NCBI GenBank assembly: GCA_964573635.1
Contig: CAZNKG010000007.1
Coordinates: 15,993-79,992, forward strand
Direction: 5' to 3'
Source: an uncultured Desulfatibacillum sp.
Lineage (GTDB): Bacteria > Desulfobacterota > Desulfobacteria > Desulfobacterales > SpSt-501
DNA length: 64,000 nucleotides
The notes beneath the pieces were generated by a model. That model made no database searches. It worked only from the letters and a program-made list of their open reading frames with translations, and had not been told where the DNA came from. Positions 39,515 through 49,082 of this stretch are shown here, in pieces. How positions within the stretch are numbered: the first letter of the stretch is position 1; every line of letters begins with the position of its first letter. The translations under genes were made by a program, and so were the position numbers.

Positions 39515-40348
39515 CTAGGCCGCGGCCATCTGGTCAGCGATGGCCGCAAAGGCCGCGGCGACCTCCGAGTCGGTGTAGGAGTCGGTGAAGCACTTCCCCG
39601 AGTCGCCGCAGGCCACCATGCGCGGGTCGATGGGGATGCGCCCCAGGAAGCGGATCCCCGCCGCCTTCGCCGTGCGCTCCCCCCCGCCCGCACCGAAAAG
39701 GTCGATCCGTCCGGAGCAGTGCGGGCAGGTGAGCCCGCTCATGTTCTCAACCAGGCCGAAGATCTCGAGGTTCACCGCGCGGCAGAAGTTGATCGACTTG
39801 CGCACGTCGGCGAGCGCCACCTCCTGGGGGGTGGTCACGATGATCGCCTGCGCGTCGCTGATCTGCTGCGCCACGGTGAGCGGCTCGTCGCCGGTCCCCG
39901 GCGGCGAGTCGATCACCAGGTAGTCGAGCTCGCCCCACTCGACGTCGCCGATGAACTGCCGGATCGCGGAAAACTTGAGCGGCCCGCGCCAGATCACCGC
40001 GTCGTCGCGGCTGGGAAGGAAGGACTCGACCGAGATCGCCGCCAGGTTGTCCGAGTAGCGCATCGGGGTGAGCTTCCGGGCGGCGTTGACCTCCGGGTGC
40101 CCCTCCAGCCCGAGCATGCGCGGCACGTCGGGGCCGTGCAGGTCGACATCCATGATGCCGACCCGGAATCCCTTGCGCGCGAGCGCGAGCGACAGGTTGA
40201 CGCTCGTGCTGGTCTTGCCGACCCCGCCCTTGCCGCTCATCACGATGAATTTCTTCCGAATCCGGTCAAGGGAGCGCTTCACCTGGGCGTCCTGCTCCGC
40301 CTGCTGCTGCTTCGGGCTCTTCGGCATCTTGTCGAGAATATCCGCCAT
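39515..40348 (-). CDS. apbC: Mrp/NBP35/ApbC-family Fe-S cluster carrier ATPase
   Basis: Deviant Walker A SGKGGVGKTSTSVNLS, plus DVDLHGPDVPRM, DYLVIDSPPGTGDE and the C-terminal CPHCSGRIDLFG motif. I place the start at the ATG at 40348 (MADILDK). Confidence 0.85.
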   Translation of the reverse strand: MADILDKMPKSPKQQQAEQDAQVKRSLDRIRKKFIVMSGKGGVGKTSTSVNLSLALARKGFRVGIMDVDLHGPDVPRMLGLEGHPEVNAARKLTPMRYSDNLAAISVESFLPSRDDAVIWRGPLKFSAIRQFIGDVEWGELDYLVIDSPPGTGDEPLTVAQQISDAQAIIVTTPQEVALADVRKSINFCRAVNLEIFGLVENMSGLTCPHCSGRIDLFGAGGGERTAKAAGIRFLGRIPIDPRMVACGDSGKCFTDSYTDSEVAAAFAAIADQMAAA

Positions 40349-40551
40349 GGCTGGACCTTTCCTTTCGCTGGTTCGCACAACGACGCCCGGGAAAATGATC
40401 CGTCCGGAACGGTTTGTCAAGCGGGCGGCGCCGCCGCGCCCCGCGGGCCGGCGGCCTCAAGCCGGCCCCGCGATCTGCCGATAACCGAAGCGTTGAAGCC
40501 CGCGGCGGGAGGCCCGCGCGCTTCGGCCCATCACCTCGGCGGGGGAAGGCT

Positions 40552-43077
40552 ATGGCGGCATCTCATGCGCGGCGCGGCTCCGGACGCCGGCCGGCCCGGT
40601 TCGGGTCCCTGCGCGCGGCGCTTTTGGTCATCGTCCTCACGGCGGCGCTTTTCGCCGCCGCAGTCGATCTCGCCCCGGAAAACCAGCTCGCGTTAGGGGG
40701 CGCCGGCCTGGCGGCCATGCTCCTCGCCGGCTCGCTGCGGGGTTCGCACCCGGACGCCGGCCGCCTCCTCGTCCTGCTGATCGGCGCCTTCGTCAGCCTG
40801 CGCTATTGGCTGTTCCGCACGACCCAGACGCTCGGATTCCCCGGCCCGCTGGATTTCGTCTTCGTGCTCCTGCTCTACGCCGCCGAAACCTACGGCATCG
40901 CCTCGCACTTCTTCGGCATGTTCGTCAACCTCGCCCCGCTCGCCCGCCGGTCGCCGCCGCTGCCGCAGGACCCGGAAAGGCTTCCGACAGTCGACGTCCT
41001 GGTTCCGACTTTCGACGAACCGGCCGCCGTGGTCTTCGTCACCCTGACGGCCTGCACCCAGCTCGACTACCCGCGCGAGAAACTGAACGTCTACCTGCTC
41101 GACGACGGCGCCACGGCGGCCAAGCTGAACGACCCCGACCCGGAGAAGGCCCTGGCCGCCAGGCGGCGGCGCGCCGAATTCGAATCGATGGCCGCGCGGC
41201 TGGGCGTCCGCTACCTGAGCCGCCCGGACAACCGCGCGGCCAAGGCGGGCAACCTCAATCACGGCATCTTCCAGTGCGCCGGCGGCGACGAGGCCCCCGG
41301 GGCCGAGAAACAGGCCTGCATCAACGCCGCCCTGGGGATGAGCTGCGGCGAGCTCGTGCTGATCCTCGACTGCGACCATGTCCCCACGCGCGATTTCCTC
41401 CGCCGCACGGTCGGGTTCTTCCTCGAAGACGACAATCTCGCCTTCGTCCAGACCCCCCACCGCTTCATCAACCCGACCGCCGTCGAGAGGAACCTGGGGC
41501 TCTCCGAGGCCGCCCCGGCCGAAAGCGAGATGTTCTACGGCGCGGTCCACCCGGGGCTCGACCTCTGGAACGCCTCCTTCTTCTGCGGCTCGGCGGCGCT
41601 GCTGCGCCGCCGGCATCTCGCGGCGATCGGGGGGATATCCGGGCAGACCGTCACCGAGGACGCCGAGACGGCGCTCCTGCTGCACGCCCGCGGGCACGGC
41701 AGCGTCTACCTGAACCGCCCGATGGCGGTCGGCCTCTCGCCGGAGACCTTCGAGGACTTCATCCGGCAGCGGCGCCGCTGGGCGCAGGGCATGGTGCAGC
41801 TGTTGCGGCTGAAGCACCCGCTGCGCCTTCCGGGGCTGACGCCGGCCCAGCGGCTGTGCTACCTGCAGGCCTGCCTGCACTGGCTCTTCGGGCCGGCGCG
41901 GGTCGTCTTCCTCGCCGCGCCGCTGCTCTTCCTCATCGCGGGGCTCAAGGTCTACAACGCCTCGCTGGAGCAGGTTCTCGCCTACACCCTGCCGCACCTC
42001 GCCGCCGCCCATCTCGTCGCCAATCATCTTTACGGCGAGCGGCGCCACCCCTTCTTCTCGGAGCTCTTCGAGACGATCCAGGGCGTTTTCCTCGCCCCCG
42101 CCGTGCTCGCGGCCCTGATCGACCCGCGGCGGCCGAAGTTCCGGGTGACGCCCAAGACCGCCGAGTTGGACCGCGACCGGCTGAGCCCTCTCGCCGCGCC
42201 CTTCTACGCCCTGTTTCTCCTGGCCCTCGCCGCGGTCCCCCTCGGGCTTCAGCGGCTTTCCGGCCGCCCGCTCGAGTTCGACGCCGCGCTCATCTGCCTC
42301 GCATGGAACGGCTTCAACTTGATCCTGATCCTCTGCTGCCTGGGAGTGGTCTGGAACCGGCGGCAATTGCGCCGCGCGCACCGCCACCCCACGCGCGAGC
42401 CGGTGATCCTCAAGCGCGAGAACGGCGCCTACCTCCCGGCCCGGCTGATCAACCTCTCCCTCACCGGGGTCGCCGTGGCGCTCGCCGCGGAGCAGGGGGT
42501 CGCGGACGCCCGCCTGGTGATGGAGGCCGTCGACAGCGACGGCCGCACCACCCGGCTGCCGCTGCGGGTGCGCCGCCGCGAGGCCGTCGCCGGCGAGTGG
42601 GTTCTCGGCTGCGATTTCGAGGGGGCGGCGGAGCGGCTCGAGCAGATCATCGGCTTCGTTTACGGCGACAGCCGGCGGTACCGCTACTTCGCCGAAGCGG
42701 GGGGGCGGAAGCCCGCCCATTCCCTGAAGGCGCTCGCGCTCCTGATCGCGGCCGGGCTGCGCGGAGCCGGCTTCACCCTCTGGGGGATTTCTCTTTTTTT
42801 GCTGGACACGCTACGCAAAATCGGAGTAAAGACCCTCCGTTGGCGATATCCGGCAATCGAAAGGGAATCCCGCCATGAAGGTGCTGCAAGCCCTCCTGCT
42901 CGTCCCGTTTCTTCTGGCATGGCACGCCGACCGGGCGGCGGCGGAGACGATCCGCATGCCCCTGCGGAATCTGGCGCCGGTCCAGGACGCCAAACTGCAG
43001 GGGACCAAGGACAGCCGCCGGCTGGCCATACCCGTCCCCGCGCGTTGGAAGGTCAACGCGGCCACCCTCCGGTTTAA
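40552..43077 (+). CDS. bcsA: cellulose synthase catalytic subunit BcsA (GT2, UDP-forming) with C-terminal PilZ domain; the 3-prime end is questionable (see findings)
   Basis: GT2 and BcsA motifs VLVPTFDEP, LLDDG, ILDCDHVP, QTPHRF, TEDAET and QRRRWAQG (QxxRW). PilZ motifs RRAHRHPTR (RxxxR) and NLSLTGVAV are at about nt 42358-42480. The frame stays open to 43077, overlapping bcsB by 203 nt. An alternative end at TAA 42827-42829 applies if the T7 run at 42794-42800 is really T6. Confidence 0.88.
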   Translation: MAASHARRGSGRRPARFGSLRAALLVIVLTAALFAAAVDLAPENQLALGGAGLAAMLLAGSLRGSHPDAGRLLVLLIGAFVSLRYWLFRTTQTLGFPGPLDFVFVLLLYAAETYGIASHFFGMFVNLAPLARRSPPLPQDPERLPTVDVLVPTFDEPAAVVFVTLTACTQLDYPREKLNVYLLDDGATAAKLNDPDPEKALAARRRRAEFESMAARLGVRYLSRPDNRAAKAGNLNHGIFQCAGGDEAPGAEKQACINAALGMSCGELVLILDCDHVPTRDFLRRTVGFFLEDDNLAFVQTPHRFINPTAVERNLGLSEAAPAESEMFYGAVHPGLDLWNASFFCGSAALLRRRHLAAIGGISGQTVTEDAETALLLHARGHGSVYLNRPMAVGLSPETFEDFIRQRRRWAQGMVQLLRLKHPLRLPGLTPAQRLCYLQACLHWLFGPARVVFLAAPLLFLIAGLKVYNASLEQVLAYTLPHLAAAHLVANHLYGERRHPFFSELFETIQGVFLAPAVLAALIDPRRPKFRVTPKTAELDRDRLSPLAAPFYALFLLALAAVPLGLQRLSGRPLEFDAALICLAWNGFNLILILCCLGVVWNRRQLRRAHRHPTREPVILKRENGAYLPARLINLSLTGVAVALAAEQGVADARLVMEAVDSDGRTTRLPLRVRRREAVAGEWVLGCDFEGAAERLEQIIGFVYGDSRRYRYFAEAGGRKPAHSLKALALLIAAGLRGAGFTLWGISLFLLDTLRKIGVKTLRWRYPAIERESRHEGAASPPARPVSSGMARRPGGGGDDPHAPAESGAGPGRQTAGDQGQPPAGHTRPRALEGQRGHPPV

Positions 43078-45124
43078 GTACGTCAACTCCTCGGCCCTCA
43101 TCCCGCAGAACTCGCGCCTGATCGTCATGGTGGGCGACCAGCCGCTCGCCCAGGTCCGTCTCGACCCGCAGGCCCCGGAGGGCGAGGTGACGGTCCCGAT
43201 CCCCGGCGCCCTGCTGCCGGAGGGCTACAACGATCTGACCTTCTGGGTGGTCCAGCACTACACCGAGGAGCACTGCGAGGACCCGTTCGCCCCGGAGCTG
43301 TGGACCTGGGTGGGGCTCGGGGAGGCTGAAATCGTCTTCGACGTCGAACCCCGGCCGGTCCCGCGGCGGATTTCGGCCGTGGCGGACTTTCTCTTCGACC
43401 CCAAGAACGCCTTCGACACGCGCGTGAACATCGTGATCCCGGAGATCCGGCCGGGCTGCCTCCAGGCCGCCGCGCTCGCGGCCGCGGGGATCGCGCTGCG
43501 CTACGAGTACCGCGTGCCCCAAATCTCCCTCTCCAGCCGCCCGCTGGCCGGCATGGACAACGTCCTGATCGCCCTGCGCCCGGAGCTCCCCGCGGCGCTC
43601 GGCGACGGCGCCGCGATCCCGCCGGGGGCGGCCATCGCCGTGGAGGACCCCGCCGCGGAGAAGACGCCCGGCGCGGGGGGGGCCGCGCCGCCCGCCCCCG
43701 GGCGCGCGCGGGTCGTTCTCACCGGCGACAGCGAGGCCGATTTGCTCACCGCGGCCAAGGCCTTCGCCGCCCTCAACGCCCCGCTTCCGGATTCGCCCGC
43801 GGCGGCCGTCGCCGACCTGAAGCTCCCCGAGGTGCGCGACCACATGATCGTCCGCGGGCTCGCCGCCGGAAAGAGCTACTCCTTCGCGAGCCTGGGAATC
43901 GGCACGAAAGAGTTCCGCAGCATTGCGCCGCCCGAGCTCGAGATCCCGCTGCGCCTGCCCTCCGATCTCTACCTTTCGCCCAACAAGTTCGCGAGCCTCG
44001 TCCTGCACATGGCCTACGACGCCGCCATGCGCTCGGACTCGGTTCTCAATTTCAGCCTGAACGGCCGCTTCATCAAGGGGGTCCACCTGGACAACCCGCG
44101 CGGCGACCACTTCCGCGCCTACAAGCTCGACATCCCCCTGTCGACCTTCCGGCCGGGATTGAACCGACTCGGCCTGCAGGCGGTCCTGACCCCGCTGCAC
44201 ACCGACAAGTGCAAGCTGATCCAGACTGAAAACCTGCGGCTATCGATCTACGACGACTCGCGGTTCGTGCTGCCGGATGTCCCCTTCTGGATCAAGATGC
44301 CCCAGCTCGAGGCCTTTTTCCAGGACGCCTTTCCCTTCGGACAGTGGCCGGACCTGCGCGAATCGGCCGTCGTGCTTAGCGAGAAGAGCTGGGAGGCCGC
44401 GTCGGCGGCGGTCAACGCCGTCGCCCTGTGCGCGCAGAAGATCGGCTTTCCGCCCTTCGAGCTCGACTGGGTCCTGGGGGCCGACACGGCCGCGCTGCCC
44501 CGCAAGGACCTGCTGCTCGCCGGCAGGCTTGAAAGCATACCGGCCGCGATCGCGGCGCGCATGCCGATCGCCGGCGTCGACCCGCTGCGGCTGACCTTCC
44601 ATGTCCAGGAGCGCCCCGCCCCGCGCGACGCCGAGCCGGTGCAGTTCTGGGCCCGGGTGGCCCCCGACCAGCCGGAGGTCCCCCGCAATCGGGAGGACCT
44701 GCTCACGCCGGCCGCCGTGCGCGCCGCGCTGCAGGGCCGCTTCGGGCCCGCACGCGCGGCGCTGATGCAGCTGCAGCATCCGCAGGCGCCGGAGCGCTCC
44801 ATCGTCGTGTTGACCGCCGGCAGCGCCCAAGACCTCGCCGCCGGCGGCCGGGCGCTCTGGCACGCCTCGGTCCAGGCCGCCGCCGCCGGGGACCTGACGC
44901 TCATCAACCTCGAGCGGCCCGAATTCCAGGCGCTCTCCCTGCAGATCGGGCCGAGCTACTACCTGGGGAACCCCGGGCGGATGCCGATCGTGCAGAACTT
45001 CATCAACACCCATCCGGTCCTCTCCCTGATCGGGGTGCTCGTGCTGCTGCTGATCTTCTGCGCCCTGCTGCTCGGCCTCGTCCGCAAGCGCCGCCGCCGC
45101 CGGCTGGAAACCGCAGCGCAGTAG
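42875..45124 (+). CDS. bcsB: cellulose synthase periplasmic subunit BcsB (cyclic-di-GMP-binding regulatory subunit family)
   Basis: Signal peptide MKVLQALLLVPFLLAWHADRAAA, a body of about 750 aa, and a single C-terminal TM anchor (VLSLIGVLVLLLIFCALLLGLVRKRRRRR). It lies directly after bcsA. Confidence 0.85.
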   Translation: MKVLQALLLVPFLLAWHADRAAAETIRMPLRNLAPVQDAKLQGTKDSRRLAIPVPARWKVNAATLRFKYVNSSALIPQNSRLIVMVGDQPLAQVRLDPQAPEGEVTVPIPGALLPEGYNDLTFWVVQHYTEEHCEDPFAPELWTWVGLGEAEIVFDVEPRPVPRRISAVADFLFDPKNAFDTRVNIVIPEIRPGCLQAAALAAAGIALRYEYRVPQISLSSRPLAGMDNVLIALRPELPAALGDGAAIPPGAAIAVEDPAAEKTPGAGGAAPPAPGRARVVLTGDSEADLLTAAKAFAALNAPLPDSPAAAVADLKLPEVRDHMIVRGLAAGKSYSFASLGIGTKEFRSIAPPELEIPLRLPSDLYLSPNKFASLVLHMAYDAAMRSDSVLNFSLNGRFIKGVHLDNPRGDHFRAYKLDIPLSTFRPGLNRLGLQAVLTPLHTDKCKLIQTENLRLSIYDDSRFVLPDVPFWIKMPQLEAFFQDAFPFGQWPDLRESAVVLSEKSWEAASAAVNAVALCAQKIGFPPFELDWVLGADTAALPRKDLLLAGRLESIPAAIAARMPIAGVDPLRLTFHVQERPAPRDAEPVQFWARVAPDQPEVPRNREDLLTPAAVRAALQGRFGPARAALMQLQHPQAPERSIVVLTAGSAQDLAAGGRALWHASVQAAAAGDLTLINLERPEFQALSLQIGPSYYLGNPGRMPIVQNFINTHPVLSLIGVLVLLLIFCALLLGLVRKRRRRRLETAAQ

Positions 45125-45153
45125 GGCCGCGGGGGACGGAAGGGGGGCAGACG

Positions 45154-46203
45154 ATGGCGCGCATCGCCAACGCCGCGATACAGGCACTCGCCGCGATGCT
45201 GGCGGCAGCCGGGGTGGCGTGCCTTCCGCCGGCCACCCCCGCCGCGGACTGGGAGCATTACCGGGCGGCCTTCATCACCCCGGACGGCCGGGTCACCGAC
45301 CCTTTTCAAAACGACGGCAGCCACTCGGAGGGACAGGGGTACGGGCTGCTGCTCGCCGTGGCGCACGGCGACCGCGCCACCTTCGAGCGCCTGCTGCGCT
45401 GGACGTTCGACAACCTCGGCGTCCGGCGCGACGCCCTCTTCGCCTGGTCCTGGGGCCGGCGCCCGAACGGCGACTGGAACATCGTCGACTACAACAACGC
45501 GAGCGACGGCGACGCGCTGATCGCTCTCGCGCTCGCGCGGGCGGCGGAGCGCTGGCGCCACCCCCCCTACCGCGAGGCGGCCGCGCGCATCGCCGCCGAC
45601 ATGCGCCGGCATCTCGCCGTCGCCGTCCAGGACCACCGCCTGATCGCCCCGGCCTATTACGGGTTCTCGCCGGAAGGCGCGCCGGTTTTCAACACGGGCT
45701 ATTTCGTCTTTCCGGCCTATGCGGCCTTCGCCGCCATCGACGAGCCGGCGTTCTGGCGCAGCGTGCGCGTCGACAGCCTGCGCGTGCTCGCGGCCGCGGC
45801 GCTCTCGCGCTTCCGCCTGCCCCCGGACTGGGTGGAGCTGCGGGAGGGCCGCGTCGCGATCCATGCCGCCCGCGGGCCGTTCTTCGGCTACGAGGCCATC
45901 CGCGCCCCGCTCTACCTGCTCTGGGAGGACGACCCGAAGCCCTTCTCGCTGTTCGGCGACTACCTCGATTTCGTCGAGCGCGCCGGCTACCTCCCCCGCC
46001 GGGTGAACCTCGTGGAAGAGACGGTGGCGATGGAGGAGGCCCCGGCGGGCTTTGCGGCCGTCATGGCCGGCTGCGCCGAGCGGCTGGGCAAGGCGCCCCT
46101 CGCCGCGCGGCTCCGGCGGGCCGCCGCCGGCCGCATCGCGGCCGAGCCGCGGGACTATTTCTCCCACAGCCTCTACCTGCTCTCCGGAAGGAAGCCGGAG
46201 TGA
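45154..46203 (+). CDS. bcsZ: endo-1,4-beta-glucanase BcsZ (glycoside hydrolase family 8)
   Basis: SEGQGYGLLLAV (catalytic Glu region) and the GH8 signature-like NASDGDALIALALARAAERW. Signal peptide present. It occupies the expected operon position. Confidence 0.85.
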   Translation: MARIANAAIQALAAMLAAAGVACLPPATPAADWEHYRAAFITPDGRVTDPFQNDGSHSEGQGYGLLLAVAHGDRATFERLLRWTFDNLGVRRDALFAWSWGRRPNGDWNIVDYNNASDGDALIALALARAAERWRHPPYREAAARIAADMRRHLAVAVQDHRLIAPAYYGFSPEGAPVFNTGYFVFPAYAAFAAIDEPAFWRSVRVDSLRVLAAAALSRFRLPPDWVELREGRVAIHAARGPFFGYEAIRAPLYLLWEDDPKPFSLFGDYLDFVERAGYLPRRVNLVEETVAMEEAPAGFAAVMAGCAERLGKAPLAARLRRAAAGRIAAEPRDYFSHSLYLLSGRKPE

Positions 46204-49061
46204 GACCGACCTGCCGCCTGCTCACCGCTGTCGGCGCAGCGCTCGCGCTCGCGCTCTGCACCCCGGCGCCCGCCCGCTCCGCCGGGGTGGACCGCCGGCC
46301 CCACGACCAGCGCGTGGAAACCCGCCCCGACGAGCCTGCCGTCGAGCGCGAGCGGCACGAGCAGGCCGTCATCCAGCGGGAACTTGAGGCGCTGATCGAG
46401 GCGGGCCCCGATGCCGCACGGGTCGCAACCGTGCCGCCGGAGCCTTACGCGACTCCGGAGGATGCCGAGATCCTGGAAGGCTGGACGCCGCTCTCCTCCA
46501 CGGGAGCCGCCGCGCGGGCCGAGGCGCTGAGCCGCGATGCGGCGGACACGGTGCGGGGCTGGGAGCACTACGCCGCGAGGCGCCATGCCGCGGCGGCCGC
46601 CGCCTTCACCGCCGGGCTGGCGTCCGCCGACCCCGAGGAGGCCTCGAGCGCGCGCCTGGGGCTCGCCTACACGCAGATCCGCATGGGCCGGCGCGGCCGC
46701 GCCATCGAACACCTGGCGACGCTCGTCCGCGGCGGCTACCGCCTCGGCGAAACCCGGCCGATCCTGATCGGGCTGCTGATCCGCGAGGGGCGCTGGGGGG
46801 AAGCCGAGGCGCAGATCGCCCGCCTTCCGGCGCGCGAGCGCACGACCTGGGAGCGGCGCCTGCGGGAGGAGCGGCTGGTTTCGGCCGCCCGCCGCCTGCC
46901 CCCCGACGCCGACGCCGAAACGCTCGCGCAGTGGATCGACGCGGCGGTCGTCCGCGAGGCGGGCTGCCTGCGGCCGGACCTCCTGCACCCGGTGGGGCGG
47001 CGTCTCGAGGATGCCGGCCGGCCGGAGGCGGCCGCGGCCCTTTACCAGCACCTCCTGAACTGCGAGCTTCCGCCCGATCTAAGGCTGGGGATCGTCTCCC
47101 GGCTGGCCGACCTGCTTCCGGAGGAGGCGGCCCTCGCCGCCGTGGGCCGGGAGCAGGCCGTCCTTTCCCGCCGCGCGCCGGAGCGCCTGCCGGAGCTCCA
47201 TGAAATCGAGCGGCGGCTCCTCAAGCGCCGGCTGGCGCGCCTCGCGCCCGAGTCGGCCGCGGCGGCCGAAACGGCGGCGGCCATCCTGGATACCGCCCCG
47301 GAGGACCGCGAGGCCCGCACGGCCCTCGCCTGGCACCACTACCACGGCGGCCGCCCGGCCGAGGCCGAGGCGATCTTCGAGGCGCTCTGGCGCGCGGAGC
47401 CCTCCTCCAAGGAGCTCGCGCTCGCGCTCGGCTACGCGCGGCTGAACGCCGGCCGGCCCGCGGAGGCGCTCGAGCCCCTCGGCCGGGGCGCGGTGCCGGA
47501 GGACGCGGACACCCGGCGGCTGCGGGAGGCCGCCCTGCGCACGCTCGCCGCCGAGGCCGCCGCCACCTCCGACTGGGACCGGGCGGGGGAGGCCCTCGAA
47601 CAGCTGCTCGCGCTCGACCCGCAGGACCGCGAGGCAACCGAGTTTTTGGCCTGGACCCGCCTGCGACAGGGACGCCGGTCCGAAGCGCGGCCGCTCTTGG
47701 AGGAGAGCTTCGCGTCGCGGCCCGATCCCGGCCTCGCCGCCGGGCTCCTGGGGGTCTATGCCGCCGAGCCCGACCGCGGGGCGGCCGACGCCTTCGCCGA
47801 CCGGCTCGCCCGCGACCCCGACCCGGCGATCCGCGCCGCCGCCGGCGGGTTTTTCTTCGACCGCGGGGCGCCGCTGACCGCCGCCCAGCTCGACCCGGCG
47901 CCGGACCGCTGCTACACCCACGCCGACTCGCCGCGGCTGGAAACCTTCCTCTACCACCGCAGCCGGGACGGCCGGGACGGCCTCTCGCGGCTCGAAGAGA
48001 CCGCCTGGCCCGTCACGGCCGCGTTCGCCACCGAGCTCGGCCGCCAGTGGTCGGCCAGCCTCACCGGGCGCTATCTCTCAAGCGGAGAGGCGCCGGAGAG
48101 CCCCCGCGCCGGACGTTTTTTCCGATACCGCAACGGCGGCCCCGTGCGCCGCAGCCTCGTGGACGATCTCCTGGCGGCGCAGCCCGACGTCGGGCTCGAG
48201 CTGGAGGGCCGAACGCCCATCGCCCTGCATGTCGGAACCACCCCGATCGGCGCGCCCGTCGCGCCGACCCCCACCTTCTCCGCCCGGATCGGCTTCCCGG
48301 AGGCCTATCTCGAAATCCACCGCTGCAGCGTGAAGGACTCGATCCTCTCCTATGCCGGCCAACGGGACCCTTACGGGTCCGACGAGTGGGGGCGCGTCAC
48401 GCGCAACGGGGTCGAAGCCGGAAAAACCTGGGCGCTCGCCGGCCCGTGGTGGGTGAGTGCCGCGGCCGGGGCCGACGCCTACCGGGGGGAGAAAACCTGG
48501 GACAACCACGCGCTGCAGCTGAACGCCGCCCTCGGGCGGACCGACCGGATCGCGGCGGACGAGCTCTCGTACGGCCTTTTCGTGACCGCCCGGCATTTTC
48601 AACGCAACAGCGACTTCTTCACCTACGGCCACGGAGGCTACTACAGCCCCGAGCTGATGACGATGATCGGTCCCTTCGTGCGATTCCGCACCGCCGCCTG
48701 CCGCGACTTTTGGTTCGACCTGCAGCTCTCCGCCGGCTGGCTGCACCAGCGGCTCGACGCCAGCCCGGCCTACCCCCTGGCCGACCGGGGCACCGGCGGC
48801 CTCACGCCGGAGGCCGCCGCCGAGCTAAGCCGCGACTACGATGGGGACACCGACAACCAGATCGGCGTGAGCTTCCGGATCCAGGGGATGAAGCTCCTCA
48901 CCCCGCACGTCGCCGCCGGCGCGTTCGCCGCGGCGGACAACACCGCCGACCACCTGGAGTGGCGGGCCGGGGTGGGAGTCCAGATCTTCTTCGAGCCCCA
49001 GAACCTCTTCTGGACGCGCCGGGACATGCTCACGGAGTTCGGCGGCTGCAACAACCGCTGA
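46200..49061 (+). CDS. bcsC: cellulose synthase outer-membrane subunit BcsC (TPR region plus C-terminal beta-barrel)
   Basis: The GTG start at 46200 overlaps the bcsZ stop (GTGA), with GGAAGGAAG SD upstream. There is a signal peptide (LLTAVGAALALALCTPAPARSAG), N-terminal TPR repeats, and a C-terminal aromatic/Gly-rich barrel region (GGYYSPE..., ending FFEPQNLF...). The track ORF 45219..49061 over-extends. Confidence 0.8.
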   Translation: MRPTCRLLTAVGAALALALCTPAPARSAGVDRRPHDQRVETRPDEPAVERERHEQAVIQRELEALIEAGPDAARVATVPPEPYATPEDAEILEGWTPLSSTGAAARAEALSRDAADTVRGWEHYAARRHAAAAAAFTAGLASADPEEASSARLGLAYTQIRMGRRGRAIEHLATLVRGGYRLGETRPILIGLLIREGRWGEAEAQIARLPARERTTWERRLREERLVSAARRLPPDADAETLAQWIDAAVVREAGCLRPDLLHPVGRRLEDAGRPEAAAALYQHLLNCELPPDLRLGIVSRLADLLPEEAALAAVGREQAVLSRRAPERLPELHEIERRLLKRRLARLAPESAAAAETAAAILDTAPEDREARTALAWHHYHGGRPAEAEAIFEALWRAEPSSKELALALGYARLNAGRPAEALEPLGRGAVPEDADTRRLREAALRTLAAEAAATSDWDRAGEALEQLLALDPQDREATEFLAWTRLRQGRRSEARPLLEESFASRPDPGLAAGLLGVYAAEPDRGAADAFADRLARDPDPAIRAAAGGFFFDRGAPLTAAQLDPAPDRCYTHADSPRLETFLYHRSRDGRDGLSRLEETAWPVTAAFATELGRQWSASLTGRYLSSGEAPESPRAGRFFRYRNGGPVRRSLVDDLLAAQPDVGLELEGRTPIALHVGTTPIGAPVAPTPTFSARIGFPEAYLEIHRCSVKDSILSYAGQRDPYGSDEWGRVTRNGVEAGKTWALAGPWWVSAAAGADAYRGEKTWDNHALQLNAALGRTDRIAADELSYGLFVTARHFQRNSDFFTYGHGGYYSPELMTMIGPFVRFRTAACRDFWFDLQLSAGWLHQRLDASPAYPLADRGTGGLTPEAAAELSRDYDGDTDNQIGVSFRIQGMKLLTPHVAAGAFAAADNTADHLEWRAGVGVQIFFEPQNLFWTRRDMLTEFGGCNNR

Positions 49062-49082
49062 CGGCGACCGTGAGCCGCCCGC

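Noticed and set aside
40349-40551. A possible c-di-GMP riboswitch or other leader structure in the 203-nt region upstream of bcsA.
   Set aside because: I could not find the conserved GEMM-type features (tetraloop and receptor arrangement, conserved ACGCAAAGC-like core) by eye. Only a covariance-model scan could settle it.
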